Of a stretch of DNA of 34,835 nt, positions 33,676-34,835 are shown piece after piece. The translations under genes were made by a program, and so were the position numbers. This stretch comes from Nemertoderma westbladi (lineage: Eukaryota; Animalia; Xenacoelomorpha), in assembly GCA_032718475.1 (NCBI GenBank), contig JAUCBJ010006126.1, positions 1 to 34,835 of the forward strand, in the 5' to 3' direction. The notes below the pieces were generated by a model, which was not told where the DNA came from, made no database searches, and worked only from the letters and a program-made list of their open reading frames with translations. Each line of letters opens with the position of its first letter. Within the stretch, counting starts at the first letter, position 1.

Positions 33676-34835
33676 ATTAGATGCGTTGAGTTCGTATGGC
33701 GCATCTAGTGTCTTCAGCACGATTAGCGCCTTCTCGACCTTGTTCGCAAACGTCTTTATGCTAACAGGGTTATCCTGTAGACCACCCGATGTTATACCCC
33801 TTAAGGTCTGCCAGATGATCTTGGCAGGGTGTCCGTATTCCCTGTCTAGGGCCCACCATGCAGTCGTGAAGCCACCCTCGATGCCCTGATACTGCCTCAC
33901 GATGTCGTACGCTGGTCCTCCTGTATATACTTGCAGATACTTTAGGCACTCCGCTTGCGTCAAGTTTTTTGTTAGTATTTCATTGCTATACATGCGCCGA
34001 AACTGCAGGTATTCTTCCGGCCTACTTCCATCGTATTTGAACGGTTCAACGGGTGGTAACTCGATTCTGGTCTTGAGCGCATCGATTAGTGTAGCCATTC
34101 CCATGCCTTCCAATGGGTTCGGAGGATGCTGTACAGATTCTCCCGTTGGGTGCGGTCCGCCCGTCCGGCCTGTTGACTTCCTTTGCGTCGGATATGCCAT
34201 TGGGGGTAACGGCCCCCTCCATATTTCCGTGTCGCAATATCTGTTCTCGTCCAGGGGGTTCGATGTTCTTATTTCTGTTTGAGTGTATTGTTGATATTGT
34301 AATGGGGGAATGTCACCCTGTCCCCCCCCCCACAGGTGGTATGTTTGGTACTGGGGTTGATGTTAATATATTGGGGCCCATACACCTATCCGCAATAACT
34401 CTCCCCTCCCCTGGATATATGTTATGTCCCTGCATATTATAGTCATACTGCTGTGCTGGTACTGGTATAGGCCTATCCACTTCTGGCCTACCTACCGGTA
34501 TATACTCCGCGACTTCCGGGTCTAATCCCATTGTTCGTGCTACCCTATTGCCTACAACATCTCTCCCAGCATGGCCTATAGTATGTGCAGTAAGGCCTAC
34601 AGTATGTCCTGCAGTCTGTATGTGTCCCTCCGGACCGATGTTTAACCTTCTCGAATAATCCAAGAAGTCCTCCCCGCGACTACCGTACCCTCGATCGGCA
34701 GCTATATCCCGTCGGGAAGTTTGTCTTCAATCCCCTCTCCTGTTCTCGTCCTCATACCGGTACGTCCTGTACCCCTCTCTCGGCGTATAATATATCTCGC
34801 CAGGCTGCGTCTCTCCGGGGTGACGGCAATCTCCC
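33676..34835 (-). pseudogene. BEL/Pao gag (DUF1759-like) N-terminal portion
   Basis: IELPPVEPFKYDG..EYLQFRRMY...LKYLQVYTGGPAYDIV...AWWALDREYGHP...IKTFANKV. The upstream part is broken into several frames. Confidence 0.88.

Larger units (their letters stand above)
25405..34835 (-). mobile_element. Non-autonomous BEL/Pao LTR retrotransposon with an extra ORF (5' end beyond the window)
   Basis: Minus-strand order is gag (DUF1759-like), CCHC knuckle, DSG protease, eroded pol tail, tandem array, extra ORF, PPT, LTR. A purine-rich minus strand runs across the gag-protease and extra-ORF region. Confidence 0.75.

Overview
AT-rich animal (probably invertebrate) genomic DNA, not prokaryotic. It holds one host gene, an intron-poor OSBPL8/ORP5-type lipid-transfer gene (+ strand, three coding exons 9967-10969, 12104-13008 and 20542-21192, about 852 aa), surrounded by transposons. 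Upstream are a piggyBac MITE and a five-level nest: piggyBac > CACTA/EnSpm > pogo-type transposase > hAT > MULE-like foldback. Most of these junctions can be resolved to the base. Intron 2 grew from about 0.6 kb to 7.5 kb through one tRNA-derived SINE (14-bp target duplication). Part of that SINE body amplified into a 60-bp satellite, and further elements then inserted into it. The right 9.4 kb is a minus-strand BEL/Pao LTR element whose 5' end lies outside the window. It has a decayed gag-protease and no recognisable RT/RNase H. In the env position it carries an intact ORF of about 843 aa with a DEDDy (WRN/EXD/Mut-7-like) 3'-5' exonuclease-like domain and three CCHC zinc knuckles. That ORF is the most unusual feature. 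All family assignments come from motif recognition by eye; no database searches were run.
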